This document shows, one piece after another, positions 1 to 9,544 of a stretch of DNA of 64,000 nt. This DNA comes from an uncultured bacterium (GTDB lineage Bacteria; Eisenbacteria; RBG-16-71-46; CAZHEV01). The stretch lies in the NCBI GenBank assembly GCA_964531335.1, contig CAZHEV010000003.1, forward strand, positions 130,429-194,428, given 5' to 3'. How positions within the stretch are numbered: position 1 is the first letter of the stretch; each line of letters begins with the position of its first letter. The notes below the pieces were generated by a model that saw only the letters and a list, made by a program, of their open reading frames with translations, did no database searches and had not been told where the DNA came from. The translations under genes and the position numbers were made by a program.

Positions 1-9
1 CGAGGGCCT

Positions 10-1098
10 TCACCTCGACAACACCTTCTCCAGGTCATCGAGCATGCGACCCATGCTGAACCGGGCCTTTATGTCTTCGCGGGCGCGCTTCGCCATCGCT
101 TCGCTCGCCTGCGGGTCCCGCAGCGCGCGGACGATCGCGGACCTCAGACCCGCCGCGTCTTCCGCCGGGACCAGCAAGCCCGTCTCTCCGTCCTTCACCA
201 GCTCGGAGACCCCCGAGACGTCGGTCGCCACGACCGGCACTCCCGCGGCCATGGCCTCGAGCAGGACGTTGGGCATTCCCTCGAACCTGGAGGGAAGGGC
301 GAAGAGCGACAGCGACCGGTAGAAAGAGTCCATGTCATCGACGAACCCGGAAAGCGAGACCGACTGCGAAAGCCCGAGGTCGCGCACGAGGCCAGCGAGC
401 GACTCGCGCTCGTGTCCCTCGCCGGCGATCGCCAGGACGGCGCCGGCGACGTCCCGCGCCACCCCGGCGAAGGCCTTTATCAAAATGTCGAATCCCTTCT
501 GCTTCGCCAACCTGCCCGTGGCGCCGACGACCGGCGCCCCCGGGATCACGATCGAGTCCTCCGCCTGCGCCGAAGGGCCGGGGGCGTCCGCCCCGGCGGG
601 CTCTCCATTGAGGGATATCCCATTTCTGACCACGGCGATCTTCCCTTCGCTTACGAAGGGGGCCTCCAGGAGCGTCTCCCTCACGCTCTCCGCGTTGACG
701 ATGAAGGTGTCGCAGATCTCACCGAAGAGCAGCCGGTATTTCAGGTTCCTCTGGACCGGCCTGTCTATGCCCAGCCTGAAACATATCCTACCGACGCCGG
801 CGAGCTTCGCCGCCAGACCGCCGAGCCAGTACTCCTTCGATTTCGTCAGGACGGTCGCGTCCGGCTTGAAGCCCCTGAAGATACGGCTCAGCCTGATGAC
901 GCCGGCCAGGTCGCCGTCCCCTCTCAGCCGCAGGCGTTTGAACTCCAGGCCGTAGCGGGAGGCGCGCCGGGCCATCAGGTCGGATTGACCCACCAGCAAA
1001 ACGTGGTGTCCCCTCGCCGCCAGCCCCGATGCCGCCTCGCAGGTCCATTTCTCATTGCCTCCCCATATCCGGGAGCTGTTTACGAAGACCAGTCGCAT
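10..1098 (-). CDS. Glycosyltransferase family 4 (GT1-fold, retaining type)
   Basis: ORF 10..1146; N-terminus MRLVFVNSSRIWGGNEKW...GHHV and C-terminal EGMPNVLLEAMAAGVPVVATDVSG motif typical of GT4. Start moved to the internal Met (cat at 1096-1098) by analogy with the paralog at 3085..4188, which begins MRVLFMNS. Confidence 0.75.
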   Translation of the reverse strand: MRLVFVNSSRIWGGNEKWTCEAASGLAARGHHVLLVGQSDLMARRASRYGLEFKRLRLRGDGDLAGVIRLSRIFRGFKPDATVLTKSKEYWLGGLAAKLAGVGRICFRLGIDRPVQRNLKYRLLFGEICDTFIVNAESVRETLLEAPFVSEGKIAVVRNGISLNGEPAGADAPGPSAQAEDSIVIPGAPVVGATGRLAKQKGFDILIKAFAGVARDVAGAVLAIAGEGHERESLAGLVRDLGLSQSVSLSGFVDDMDSFYRSLSLFALPSRFEGMPNVLLEAMAAGVPVVATDVSGVSELVKDGETGLLVPAEDAAGLRSAIVRALRDPQASEAMAKRAREDIKARFSMGRMLDDLEKVLSR

Positions 1099-1109
1099 GA
1101 GTGAGCCTT

Positions 1110-2027
1110 TCACCCTTTGTTCTCCAGGAGGGCGCTTCTGATCCATCTCCTCAATATCTTCAGCTTGATCGCGGCCCGCCAGTCAATTGCCGCCGCCTCC
1201 GTTATCTCCTCGCGAAAGCTCCGGTATCGCCCGCTCCTGAAGTGATGATGGGCGAGGGTGACGTGACACTCCGCCTGCGCCCGAATCAGGGCCGGTTTCA
1301 GTCTCCGAGGCAGCAGAGCCTCGGCCTTCAACTTCTCTATGACCTTCATCTTGGTCTTGAGCATGAGGTCTTTGTCCCTGGATGTATTGCCCGGATGCAC
1401 TCTCCAGTCGGCGAGCGGCTCCTCCACGGTTCGGAACACGAACCCCGCAATGGCCAGCCTCAACCACATGTCCCAGTCGTCGTGAGGCTCCACCGAGGGA
1501 TCGAAGCCGCCCACCTCGTCGAAGCACGACCTTTTCGCCAGCACGGTTGGCGAGTATATGAAGTTCCCGCGAAGCAAAGCGGACAACATGTCCTTGGACC
1601 GCCTTCGCCTCCGCAGCTCACGCTCCTTGGAGGCGTTGTGGGCCCTGGGCCGGCCCTCGCCGTCGACCTGGGTTACGGGGTGGATCACGACGTCGGCGGC
1701 CGAGCCTCCATCCATCGCAGCGAGCTGCTTCTCGATCTTGTCCCTGCGCCAACGGTCGTCCTGGTCCAGAAAGGCGACGAGCTTTGCGCCGGCGGCGCGC
1801 AGCCCCGAGTTTCTCGCGCCCGCGACGCCCGAATTAGTCTGCTCGATATAGCTTATGAGATCGCCGTGCTTGTCGAGCACGGGCTCGAAGGATCTGTCCG
1901 TGGAGCCGTCGTTCACCACGATCGCCCTCACGTCCGCCATGGACTGTGAGGATAGGCTGGTCAATGCCTCGTCCAGATAGTCCGGGCGAGGGTTGTACAG
2001 CGGTACTATGACATCGACAAGCGCCAT
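1110..2027 (-). CDS. Glycosyltransferase family 2
   Basis: N-terminus VDVIVPLYNPRPDYLDEALTSLSSQS...VVNDGSTD is a GT-A fold signature with a DxD-type region. Confidence 0.75.
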   Translation of the reverse strand: MALVDVIVPLYNPRPDYLDEALTSLSSQSMADVRAIVVNDGSTDRSFEPVLDKHGDLISYIEQTNSGVAGARNSGLRAAGAKLVAFLDQDDRWRRDKIEKQLAAMDGGSAADVVIHPVTQVDGEGRPRAHNASKERELRRRRRSKDMLSALLRGNFIYSPTVLAKRSCFDEVGGFDPSVEPHDDWDMWLRLAIAGFVFRTVEEPLADWRVHPGNTSRDKDLMLKTKMKVIEKLKAEALLPRRLKPALIRAQAECHVTLAHHHFRSGRYRSFREEITEAAAIDWRAAIKLKILRRWIRSALLENKG

Positions 2028-2039
2028 GTGGCGGTACCC

Positions 2040-3092
2040 TCAGCTCCTCGGTCCCTCATCCACAACGGATGTCAAGATATGCTCGAGCTTCTTGAGACAT
2101 ACCCGGAGAGAGTATTTATCCTCGACGGTGCGGCGGGCCCTTGACCCCATCTCCGCTCGCAGTCGGGGGTCCTCGAGCAGCGCGCACAGCTTGGCCGCCC
2201 ACTCTTCGGTCGTGCCGGCGTGCATGCCGTTAACGCCGTCCTCGACCACCTCGAGGTTCATCCCAACAGGACTGCTCACGGTGGGGAGCCCCGCGGCCAT
2301 GTACTGGAGCAGCTTGAACGCGCACTTGCCCCGGCTCCAATCGTCCTCCTCCAGGGGCATGATTCCGGCGTCCAGCGAGGCCAGCCATTCGGGCTCGATC
2401 TTCTCGGACCAGGGCACGTTTCGTACCGCGATAACGTCGGTTTCCAAGAGGGCGTTCGACAGCACGGACAGCTCGACGCCGTGCAGTCTGCTCCGGACCT
2501 TCTCCAGAGCCGGGAGTGCTTTCCTAAGATAGTACAGGTTCTTGGACGTTCCCAGCCAGCCGATGCGGAGAGGGCCCTCTCCACGGGCCGGCGATGGTTT
2601 CGTCTCGCACTGCCGGAACAGGGCGGGGCGGCTCGCTTCGGTATCCACGGGGGTGGGAAGCACGTGCACGTTCCGGTTGTGCCTCTTCGCGTATGAGGCC
2701 AGAAACGAATTGCCCGCGACCACCGCCCTCGCGCGTCTCAGCGCTGCGGTCAGCCTGCCGACAGTCGATTTGGATCCGGGCGCCATTCCGCGCGGCCGCT
2801 GGTTGTAAGGCTCGGGCGCGAAGCTCGCGTCATCGTAGTCGAACACTATCTTCCCGTTGGCGGCGGCCAGGACGGGCAGGAAGACCGGATTGAAGAGCTT
2901 CTTCTGCACGTACACCACGTCCGCCGAAGCGGCGCGGATCAGCAGTGCCGCCCTACGCCCGAGCGTCAGGCCGCTCGCCGGGAACAGCTCCGTCTCGAAG
3001 CCATCCCTCTCCAGCCCGGGCAGGTACTTGTGTATCCGGTATCTGGTGCTGGGCTGGCTCTCGCTCCAGGTCACGAAGAGCACCTTAGGCAT
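2040..3092 (-). CDS. Glycosyltransferase (GT1-like C-terminal domain)
   Basis: C-terminal FKLLQYMAAGLPTVSSPVGMNLEVVEDGVNG motif. Start at Met11 (MPKVLFV), preceded by GGAGGAGG about 10 nt upstream; overlaps the stop of the next gene by 8 nt. Confidence 0.6.
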   Translation of the reverse strand: MPKVLFVTWSESQPSTRYRIHKYLPGLERDGFETELFPASGLTLGRRAALLIRAASADVVYVQKKLFNPVFLPVLAAANGKIVFDYDDASFAPEPYNQRPRGMAPGSKSTVGRLTAALRRARAVVAGNSFLASYAKRHNRNVHVLPTPVDTEASRPALFRQCETKPSPARGEGPLRIGWLGTSKNLYYLRKALPALEKVRSRLHGVELSVLSNALLETDVIAVRNVPWSEKIEPEWLASLDAGIMPLEEDDWSRGKCAFKLLQYMAAGLPTVSSPVGMNLEVVEDGVNGMHAGTTEEWAAKLCALLEDPRLRAEMGSRARRTVEDKYSLRVCLKKLEHILTSVVDEGPRS

Positions 3093-4188
3093 CCGCGCCC
3101 GCCTCCTCCAAAAGCCGCACAAACAGCCGTTCCAGCCTGTCGACCATCGCCTTCACAGTGAAGTTCCGGGCGACGTGGTCTCTCGCCGATTCCCCCAGCC
3201 TTCTTCTACGTTCCGGATCTTCCAACAGGGCGGAGACGGCGGCCCTCAGTCGCCCGACGTCCCCCGGCTCGACCAGCACCCCCAGGTCGGGACAGGTGAC
3301 GACCTCTACTACGCCGTCCACGGCGCCGGCTACGACCGGCTTCCCCGCCGCCATCGCCTCGAGCACCGCATTGGGCATGCCCTCGAAGAGCGACGGCGAC
3401 ACCAGCATGTCCAGCTCGGAGAGGATCTCGGGCACGTCGTCCCTGTGACCTGTGAACGTCGCGCGGTCGCGGAGGCGGAGCTCGTCGCACAGCGCTTCCA
3501 GCTTTGCTCTCTCGCCGCCGTCTCCCACGATCAACAGGTGCCAGGGCTCGTCTATCCCGCTCAAGGCCTTAAGCAGAACGTCCACTCCCTTCTGACGCGC
3601 CAGGTCTCCGACGAAGCCCAGCAGGGGGGTGTCGCTTGAGACGCCGTAGGCCACCCGTAACTTTCCCCCTGTTCCTCCGCGCGGGTAATCGCTCATGTCC
3701 ACGCCGTTATGTATGATTGATATCCCCACGTGATCGAGCCAGGTGTACTCTCTGAACTGCCTCTTTATGGAGCTCGAAGGTGTTACTATATGCTTTATCC
3801 AGTGCCTGTAGATCACCCGGTATCGCCATTTGTCGAAGATGAAAGGCAGTCCTTTCCTCGACACCATTACCGGTCTCGGGCGGCCGATGGTGGCGAGAGC
3901 CGTGAGGCGATTCTCCTTCTCGAAGTTCGTGCAGACTATCTCGACGCGCTCGCGCGCCAGGAACCGCCTGATCTTGAAGGCGGTGATCACGTTCAGGTCC
4001 GCGCCGTAATGGACCGGAAATACGGGCACGCCGCGTGCCTCGGCCTTGGCGGCCAAGACGCCGCCCGGCCGAACGGCGAGAAAGACCGCGTGGCCTCTGC
4101 TGGCGAGACCGGACGCCGCCTCCAGCATCCACTTCTCGCCGCCCCTCCATCCCGAAGCCTTCATGGAGTTCATGAAGAGAACTCTCAT
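3085..4188 (-). CDS. Glycosyltransferase family 4
   Basis: MRVLFMNSMKASGWRGGEKWMLEAASGLASRGHAV...EGMPNAVLEAMAAGKPVV. Paralog of the first gene; ATGA overlap with the upstream GT9 gene. Confidence 0.75.
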   Translation of the reverse strand: MRVLFMNSMKASGWRGGEKWMLEAASGLASRGHAVFLAVRPGGVLAAKAEARGVPVFPVHYGADLNVITAFKIRRFLARERVEIVCTNFEKENRLTALATIGRPRPVMVSRKGLPFIFDKWRYRVIYRHWIKHIVTPSSSIKRQFREYTWLDHVGISIIHNGVDMSDYPRGGTGGKLRVAYGVSSDTPLLGFVGDLARQKGVDVLLKALSGIDEPWHLLIVGDGGERAKLEALCDELRLRDRATFTGHRDDVPEILSELDMLVSPSLFEGMPNAVLEAMAAGKPVVAGAVDGVVEVVTCPDLGVLVEPGDVGRLRAAVSALLEDPERRRRLGESARDHVARNFTVKAMVDRLERLFVRLLEEAGADA

Positions 4189-5273
4189 CTCGCCTTCTCC
4201 GCGATGAGCCTCCGCGCCGCATCTATCACCTCGGCGACGCCGGCGCCGCCCTCGGTCACCCTGACCGCGATGTGGCTACGTTCGTCGTGGTAGCCGTAGC
4301 GCGCGACGTTGTCCTCCAAGAACACCGAGACCGTAGGCACCCCGCAGGCCGCGCCCAGGTGCAAGGGGCCGGTGTCGCCGCAGACCAGCACGTCGCACGC
4401 CCTTATGGTCGCGGCGAAAGAGCCGATCGACATGGGCGGCAGCACGGGAAGTCGTCCGGCCGCGGAGCGCACCTCGCTGTCCCCGGGTCCCGCCGCGAGC
4501 AGCACGTTCGCGCCCCCCTCGCTCAACGCCTCGGCCACCTCGACGTATCTATGGATGCCCCACTGCTTGAGGCGATTGCCCGCCCCCGTGAAAAGAACGA
4601 CCGTCGGCGCGCCGTTGGACCTCGTCATTTCCCGGACAGCTCTCCTTCCGCTTTCGAGGAGGCGCTCCGGCAGGTGAAGCGAGGCGTCGTAAGGGAGGCC
4701 TGAAGCGCCGGCCGGCGAGAGCAGCTCGAGTTGGTTCGCCACGTAGTGCCTCCGCTGGGCGCAGGGCACGAGGATGTTGAGAAAGGCCGGGCTCTCCTTG
4801 TCCTCGAAGCCCACTCTCAGCGGCGCGCCGCTCAACAACGTGATCAGCCCGTTTGTCAGGGAGAAGGACAGGAAGTTCGAGCAGTCCACCGCGAGATCGA
4901 AACGGGCCGCCTTCAGACGCGCCCGGAGGCGGATCAGCCCCACCGGGTTCAACAGGTCCCGCTCCTTGCGAAAGAGGATCAGCTCATCAATGTACGGGTC
5001 TTTCTCGTAGAGCTCCTCGTAGCCCTCTCGCAGCAGCAGCGCCAGGTAAGCCTTGGGAAATCGCGCCCTGGTCGCATGGAAAAGCGGCGTGTTCATGACG
5101 AGGTCGCCTATCCTCATGTCCTGTCGGACGAGCAGGATGCGGCGCACGCCCTCCCAGTCCACCCCGGCGGGATCGACCCGCCCCGAAGGCAGAACCGCGC
5201 CCGCAAGCGACCCAAGCGCGCGCTTGGCGCTCTTCTCTGTCGATTTGAAATCCAACGGGATACTCCCCACCAA
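4185..5273 (-). CDS. Glycosyltransferase family 9 (ADP-heptose:LPS heptosyltransferase-like)
   Basis: ILLVRQDMRIGDLVMNTPLFHA and VLVCGDTGPLHLGAACGVPTVSVF motifs characteristic of heptosyltransferases. First gene of a five-gene minus-strand glycosyltransferase operon. Confidence 0.7.
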   Translation of the reverse strand: MVGSIPLDFKSTEKSAKRALGSLAGAVLPSGRVDPAGVDWEGVRRILLVRQDMRIGDLVMNTPLFHATRARFPKAYLALLLREGYEELYEKDPYIDELILFRKERDLLNPVGLIRLRARLKAARFDLAVDCSNFLSFSLTNGLITLLSGAPLRVGFEDKESPAFLNILVPCAQRRHYVANQLELLSPAGASGLPYDASLHLPERLLESGRRAVREMTRSNGAPTVVLFTGAGNRLKQWGIHRYVEVAEALSEGGANVLLAAGPGDSEVRSAAGRLPVLPPMSIGSFAATIRACDVLVCGDTGPLHLGAACGVPTVSVFLEDNVARYGYHDERSHIAVRVTEGGAGVAEVIDAARRLIAEKAR

Positions 5274-5493
5274 AAAGCCCTTCGGCCGGGGGTCTCCCGG
5301 CCAGAAACGAAGCTATACAGCAATCCATCTCAGTCTATCAGCCGTGCGGGGCCAGTCAAGCGTCCCCGGCCTCATCCCGGGATCGTGGTGAGGGTTGCAA
5401 GACCCAGGCAAGGCGCCCCGCCGAGAGCCGTGCGGGACCGGTCAAGCGCCGCCGGCCTCGAGCGGCCTTGTAATAGAGCACGGGACTTTCGCC

Positions 5494-5522
5494 TTGACAC
5501 TGGGGCACGTCAGGGATAACTT
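5494..5522 (+). promoter_or_regulatory. Sigma-70-like promoter candidate for the sdh operon
   Basis: Perfect TTGACA (5494-5499), 17-nt spacer, TAACTT (5517-5522). About 140-nt leader to sdhA ATG at 5671. Confidence 0.35.
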
Positions 5523-5670
5523 CAACGCGGGAGAGAGCTTCTGGACCCGTGGCTTGGAGATCCGTACTCTCCCCGCAATTGCTCCCGCCCACTACCTCGA
5601 TCAACACGGCGACTTCAATAAGTTGAAGACGGTACATTGTACCCTCTCTTCCACTCCGGGGAGGAATTGG

Positions 5671-7389
5671 ATGTCTGAAAAGATCAGTCACGATCTTCTC
5701 ATTCTGGGCTCCGGGCTCGCCGGACTGCGGGCCGCCGTAGAGGCCCAGCGCTCCAGCGACGGCCGCGTCAACGTGGGCATAATCTCAAAAGTGCAGCTAA
5801 TGCGCTCGCACTCGGTGGCGGCCGAGGGAGGCACGGCCTGCATGCTCAGGCCCGAGGAGGGAGACAGCTTCGATCTCCACGCCTGGGATACTGTCAAAGG
5901 CTCGGACTTCCTGGGGGACCAGGACGTCATCCACCGGTTCGTCCGCGCCATGCCCAACGAGATCCTGCAACTCGACCACTGGGGCATCCCCTGGAGCAGG
6001 ACGGCGGAAGGGCGCATAGACCAGCGCCCCTTCGGCGGTCACAGCTACCCGCGCGCCGTGCTCGCGGCGGACAAGACCGGGTTCTTCGAGATGCAGACCC
6101 TCTACGACAACCTACTGAAGTACGGCAACTTCAATCGGTACGACGAGCTCTTCATAACCTCGATCCTTGTGGAGGACGGCAAGTTCGCCGGGCTTCTGGG
6201 CTTCGACGTCCCGTCCGGCAGGTTCGTGACCCTTCAGGGCAAGGCCCTGATCATTGCCACCGGCGGAGCCGGATGCCTGTACGGCTTCACCACCTACTCC
6301 CAGACCGTGACCGGAGACGGCCTGGCCATGGCCTACCGCGCCGGCCTGTCGCTCGAAGACATGGAGTTCGTCCAGTTTCATCCCACCGGCCTCGCCCCCT
6401 CGGGGATCCTGATAACGGAGGGATGCAGGGGCGAGGGCGGCTACCTGCTGAACGCGGACGGCGATCGCTTCATGGAGAAGTACGCCCCGGAGAAGATGGA
6501 GCTCGCCCCCAGGGATCTCATATCCCGCTCCATGATAACGGAGATCGAGGAGGGGCGTGGGATCGAGGGCGTAGGTGGTTTCGTGCATCTTTATCTGGAC
6601 CTGAGGCACCTCGGGGCGGATAGGATAAACCAGAGGCTGCCGCTGATCAGAGAAGTATGCATAGAGTTTGCCGGCATCGATCCCATCGAGGCGCCCATTC
6701 CCGTCAGGCCGGTCGCCCACTACTCGATGGGGGGCATCGAAACCGACATAGACGGCAGGACCAAGGTGCCCAACGTATGGGTGGCGGGGGAGGCGGCGTG
6801 CGTGAGCCTTCACGGCGCCAACCGTCTCGGCTCCAATTCGACCGCCGAGTGCCTGGTATGGGGAGGCATCACCGGCGCGGAGGCGACCAAGTACATACAG
6901 GGCGGGGCTCACACCACGGAGGCTCCCGAGTCTCGGATCGCCGACGAAGAGAAACGCGTCTTCGAGGGAATCCTGAAGAGCGACGGCCCCGAGAACCCCT
7001 ACGACATCAAACGCGAGCTTCGCGAGATGATGGACGTCAACCTCGCGGTCTTCAGGACGGCCGGGGAGCTCGCGGAGATGGAGGCCAAGGTATCCGAACT
7101 CAATGGGCGCTTCACCGGCATACGGGTTCAGGACAAGCACAGGAGCTACAACTCCAACCTGGTGCACGTGCTGGAGATCCGTAACCTTCTGGATCTCGCC
7201 GAGGTCATGGTCAAAGGGGCGATAGCCAGGGAGGAGTCCCGAGGGGCCCACGCCAGGCGCGACTTCCCGACGAGGGACGATGGTAAGTGGCTGAAGCACA
7301 CGCTGGCCACCTTCACCCCCGAGGGGCCCAAGCTGGACTACAAGGACGTGACCATAAACACCTGGAAGCCTGTCGAGAGGAAGTACTAG
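5671..7389 (+). CDS. sdhA: Succinate dehydrogenase / fumarate reductase flavoprotein subunit
   Basis: FAD-binding GSGLAGLRAAVEA N-terminus, HSVAAEGG, and the conserved C-terminal AHARRDFPTRDD region. Start refined to ATG 5671 (MSEKISHDLLILGSG) with GGGGAGGA RBS 6 nt upstream; the track ORF extends upstream to 5395. Confidence 0.9.
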   Translation: MSEKISHDLLILGSGLAGLRAAVEAQRSSDGRVNVGIISKVQLMRSHSVAAEGGTACMLRPEEGDSFDLHAWDTVKGSDFLGDQDVIHRFVRAMPNEILQLDHWGIPWSRTAEGRIDQRPFGGHSYPRAVLAADKTGFFEMQTLYDNLLKYGNFNRYDELFITSILVEDGKFAGLLGFDVPSGRFVTLQGKALIIATGGAGCLYGFTTYSQTVTGDGLAMAYRAGLSLEDMEFVQFHPTGLAPSGILITEGCRGEGGYLLNADGDRFMEKYAPEKMELAPRDLISRSMITEIEEGRGIEGVGGFVHLYLDLRHLGADRINQRLPLIREVCIEFAGIDPIEAPIPVRPVAHYSMGGIETDIDGRTKVPNVWVAGEAACVSLHGANRLGSNSTAECLVWGGITGAEATKYIQGGAHTTEAPESRIADEEKRVFEGILKSDGPENPYDIKRELREMMDVNLAVFRTAGELAEMEAKVSELNGRFTGIRVQDKHRSYNSNLVHVLEIRNLLDLAEVMVKGAIAREESRGAHARRDFPTRDDGKWLKHTLATFTPEGPKLDYKDVTINTWKPVERKY

Positions 7390-7440
7390 GACACGGAAGC
7401 GCCGCGTCGACGGCGCGCCGCCGACTTGAGGAGACGAAAA

Positions 7441-7920
7441 ATGAGTGAAGGCCTGAAGCACGCGGGCATTCGCAGACCCGGAGAGTTCAGGGACAATCGA
7501 CTCGGCCTGCGCGGATGGCTGTTGGGCGGGCGCTACCCCATCGAGCGGTATCTCTACGCGCTCCACCGGCTCACCGGGCTCGGTATTCTCGCCTACTTCT
7601 TCATGCACATCGTTGTGACCACAATGCGGGTGAGAGGTCCCGAGGAGTGGGATGGGACCATGGCCGGCTTCGGCGGGAGCTTTTTCTTAGTCGGGGAGTT
7701 CCTGGTCTTCGCCGCGTTCGCTTTCCACGCAATGAACGGGTTGAGGCTGGTTGTCACGGAGCTGGGGTGGGGCATGGGCTCGCCGATGCTTCCCATCTAC
7801 CCTTACACGAACGCGGTGCGCAGAGCGCGCCCGATCTTCGTGGTGATGATGCTGATTGCCGTGGTCGTACTTGCCATCGGCGGATATGAATTCATTGGGC
7901 GCATGGGCGGCGGGCACTAG
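7441..7920 (+). CDS. sdhC: Succinate dehydrogenase membrane anchor (cytochrome b subunit-like)
   Basis: Small three-helix hydrophobic protein directly after sdhA, with His in the predicted TM region (LHRLTGLGILAYFFMHIVV). GAGGAG RBS before ATG 7441. Confidence 0.55.
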   Translation: MSEGLKHAGIRRPGEFRDNRLGLRGWLLGGRYPIERYLYALHRLTGLGILAYFFMHIVVTTMRVRGPEEWDGTMAGFGGSFFLVGEFLVFAAFAFHAMNGLRLVVTELGWGMGSPMLPIYPYTNAVRRARPIFVVMMLIAVVVLAIGGYEFIGRMGGGH

Positions 7921-7969
7921 GTCGGTGCCCGGCGTCGGCCGGTATCCTCTTCGAGGAGGGGGTCAGTTG

Positions 7970-8338
7970 ATGAAGGAATCGAGCTTGTGGACACTGCATC
8001 TGGCGGCGGGCGTCGTGATACTCGTGCTGCTGGGACTTCATATGCTCATAATGCATATGCAGACGCTCATGGGCTGGCTGGGGTTGGGTACGGAGAACGT
8101 CATCTCCTTCGAGGCCGTGGCCCAAAGGGGCAAGCAAGTATTCTTCATGGTCACTTACATTATTCTGTTGGGCGCGGCGCTCTACCACGGCCTCTACGGC
8201 CTGAGGAACATCCTGCTGGAGCTGTGGCCCGGCCGCGGGCCCCAGCGGGCGTTCGGCGGATTGCTCATGCTGGTAGGCCTCGCGTTCTTCGCGCTCGGCA
8301 CCTACGCGGCCATAGCCGCGTTCAACATGGAGATATAG
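7970..8338 (+). CDS. sdhD: Succinate dehydrogenase hydrophobic membrane anchor subunit
   Basis: About 120-aa hydrophobic protein (MKESSLWTLHLAAGVVILVLLGLHML) between sdhC and sdhB. GAGGAGGG RBS before ATG 7970. Confidence 0.5.
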   Translation: MKESSLWTLHLAAGVVILVLLGLHMLIMHMQTLMGWLGLGTENVISFEAVAQRGKQVFFMVTYIILLGAALYHGLYGLRNILLELWPGRGPQRAFGGLLMLVGLAFFALGTYAAIAAFNMEI

Positions 8339-8348
8339 GAGGATTGAG

Positions 8349-9215
8349 ATGCGGGACTCGAAGGACTCGCAACACGCGGGCGGCGGCTCAGCGGTCGAGA
8401 CGCGTGAGATAGCCTTCAAGGTTTTCAGATACTCGCCTGAAGAGGGCGCGCGCCCGTACTTCAGCCACTTCAAGGTTCCGGTGTCGGTGGGGATGACCGT
8501 GCTGGAGGGGCTTCACTACATCAAGGAGCACTTCGACGCGACGTTGTCATACCGCTACTCGTGCAGGATGGGCGTATGCGGCTCCTGCGGCATGTTCATA
8601 AACGGCTTCCCCCGGCTCGCATGCAACGTCCAGATCCTGCATCTGGAGTCCGATACGATCGAAATAAAGCCGATGCCCAACCACGACCTCATCAAGGACC
8701 TGGTTCCGGATCTGTCTCGGTTCTTCGAAAAGCACAGGCTCTCGAAGCCGTACGTGGTGAGGCGCGATCCGGCCGAGCAGGAGAATCCCCGGTCCGAGTA
8801 CTTTCAATCTCCCGAGGAGCTTCTCAGGTACCTGCAGTTCGCCTATTGCATCAAGTGCGGGCTCTGTGTGTCGGCATGTCCGACGGCGGCGACCGATCCC
8901 CAGTACAGAGGCCCCCAGGCGCTGGCCATAGCTTACCGCTACAACGCGGACACGAGGGACGAGGGCACGGAGGAGCGGTTGGCCGAGGTGGCCGGCCCGG
9001 CCGGGCCCTGGCGCTGTCACTACGCGGGGGCGTGCTCCGAGGTCTGCCCCAGGGGCGTCGACCCCGCCTTCGCGATTCAGCTTCTAAAAGGGGACATAGT
9101 GGCGCGCAAGCTCCGCCTGCGCAAGAGCCGGGAGGGGGCCAAGCCCATGGAGAAGCGGACCGGACAGAAAAGGCCCGAGGTGCCGGACGCCCCCGAGCCC
9201 ACCGTAAAGAAATAG
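8349..9215 (+). CDS. sdhB: Succinate dehydrogenase / fumarate reductase iron-sulfur subunit
   Basis: 2Fe-2S motif CRMGVCGSCGMFINGFPRLAC, and CIKCGLCVSACP / CSEVCP 4Fe-4S and 3Fe-4S cysteine clusters. Confidence 0.9.
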   Translation: MRDSKDSQHAGGGSAVETREIAFKVFRYSPEEGARPYFSHFKVPVSVGMTVLEGLHYIKEHFDATLSYRYSCRMGVCGSCGMFINGFPRLACNVQILHLESDTIEIKPMPNHDLIKDLVPDLSRFFEKHRLSKPYVVRRDPAEQENPRSEYFQSPEELLRYLQFAYCIKCGLCVSACPTAATDPQYRGPQALAIAYRYNADTRDEGTEERLAEVAGPAGPWRCHYAGACSEVCPRGVDPAFAIQLLKGDIVARKLRLRKSREGAKPMEKRTGQKRPEVPDAPEPTVKK

Positions 9216-9544
9216 CGGGGCAAGCCCTCCTTCAAATACCGTATCCTGAGCTCCGGCCGGCGCCCTGTCAATCCCGCGCCGCCGGCGAGTCTCCCGCCGC
9301 GGATGCCGCAAGCTGTCAACGCCCGCGGCGCCTGGATTTTTCACGCGGCGGGGCCACGTCGGACGCCGGAAGCTGTCGCCGGGCGAAACAATAGTCCCCG
9401 TCGCAACGTTTTTGTTGGTAGCGGGCGTGACAACCGGGCCTAGTTTGCCGGTGACGCCCTTTCCGTCATGGGTTATAATCCGGGTCGTTTTCGGGGAAAA
9501 GGCAGTTCCCTCGCAAGTGATGTTCGGGAAGGGAGGACAATGGC

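Noticed and set aside
5356-5691. 111-aa minus-strand ORF in the GT9/sdhA divergent region
   Set aside because: Covers the repeat-containing intergenic DNA and the sdhA RBS; no RBS of its own; composition not protein-like.
6112-7608. 498-aa minus-strand ORF antisense to sdhA
   Set aside because: Lies entirely inside an unambiguous flavoprotein gene. Long antisense ORFs are expected in high-GC DNA; no RBS or homology.
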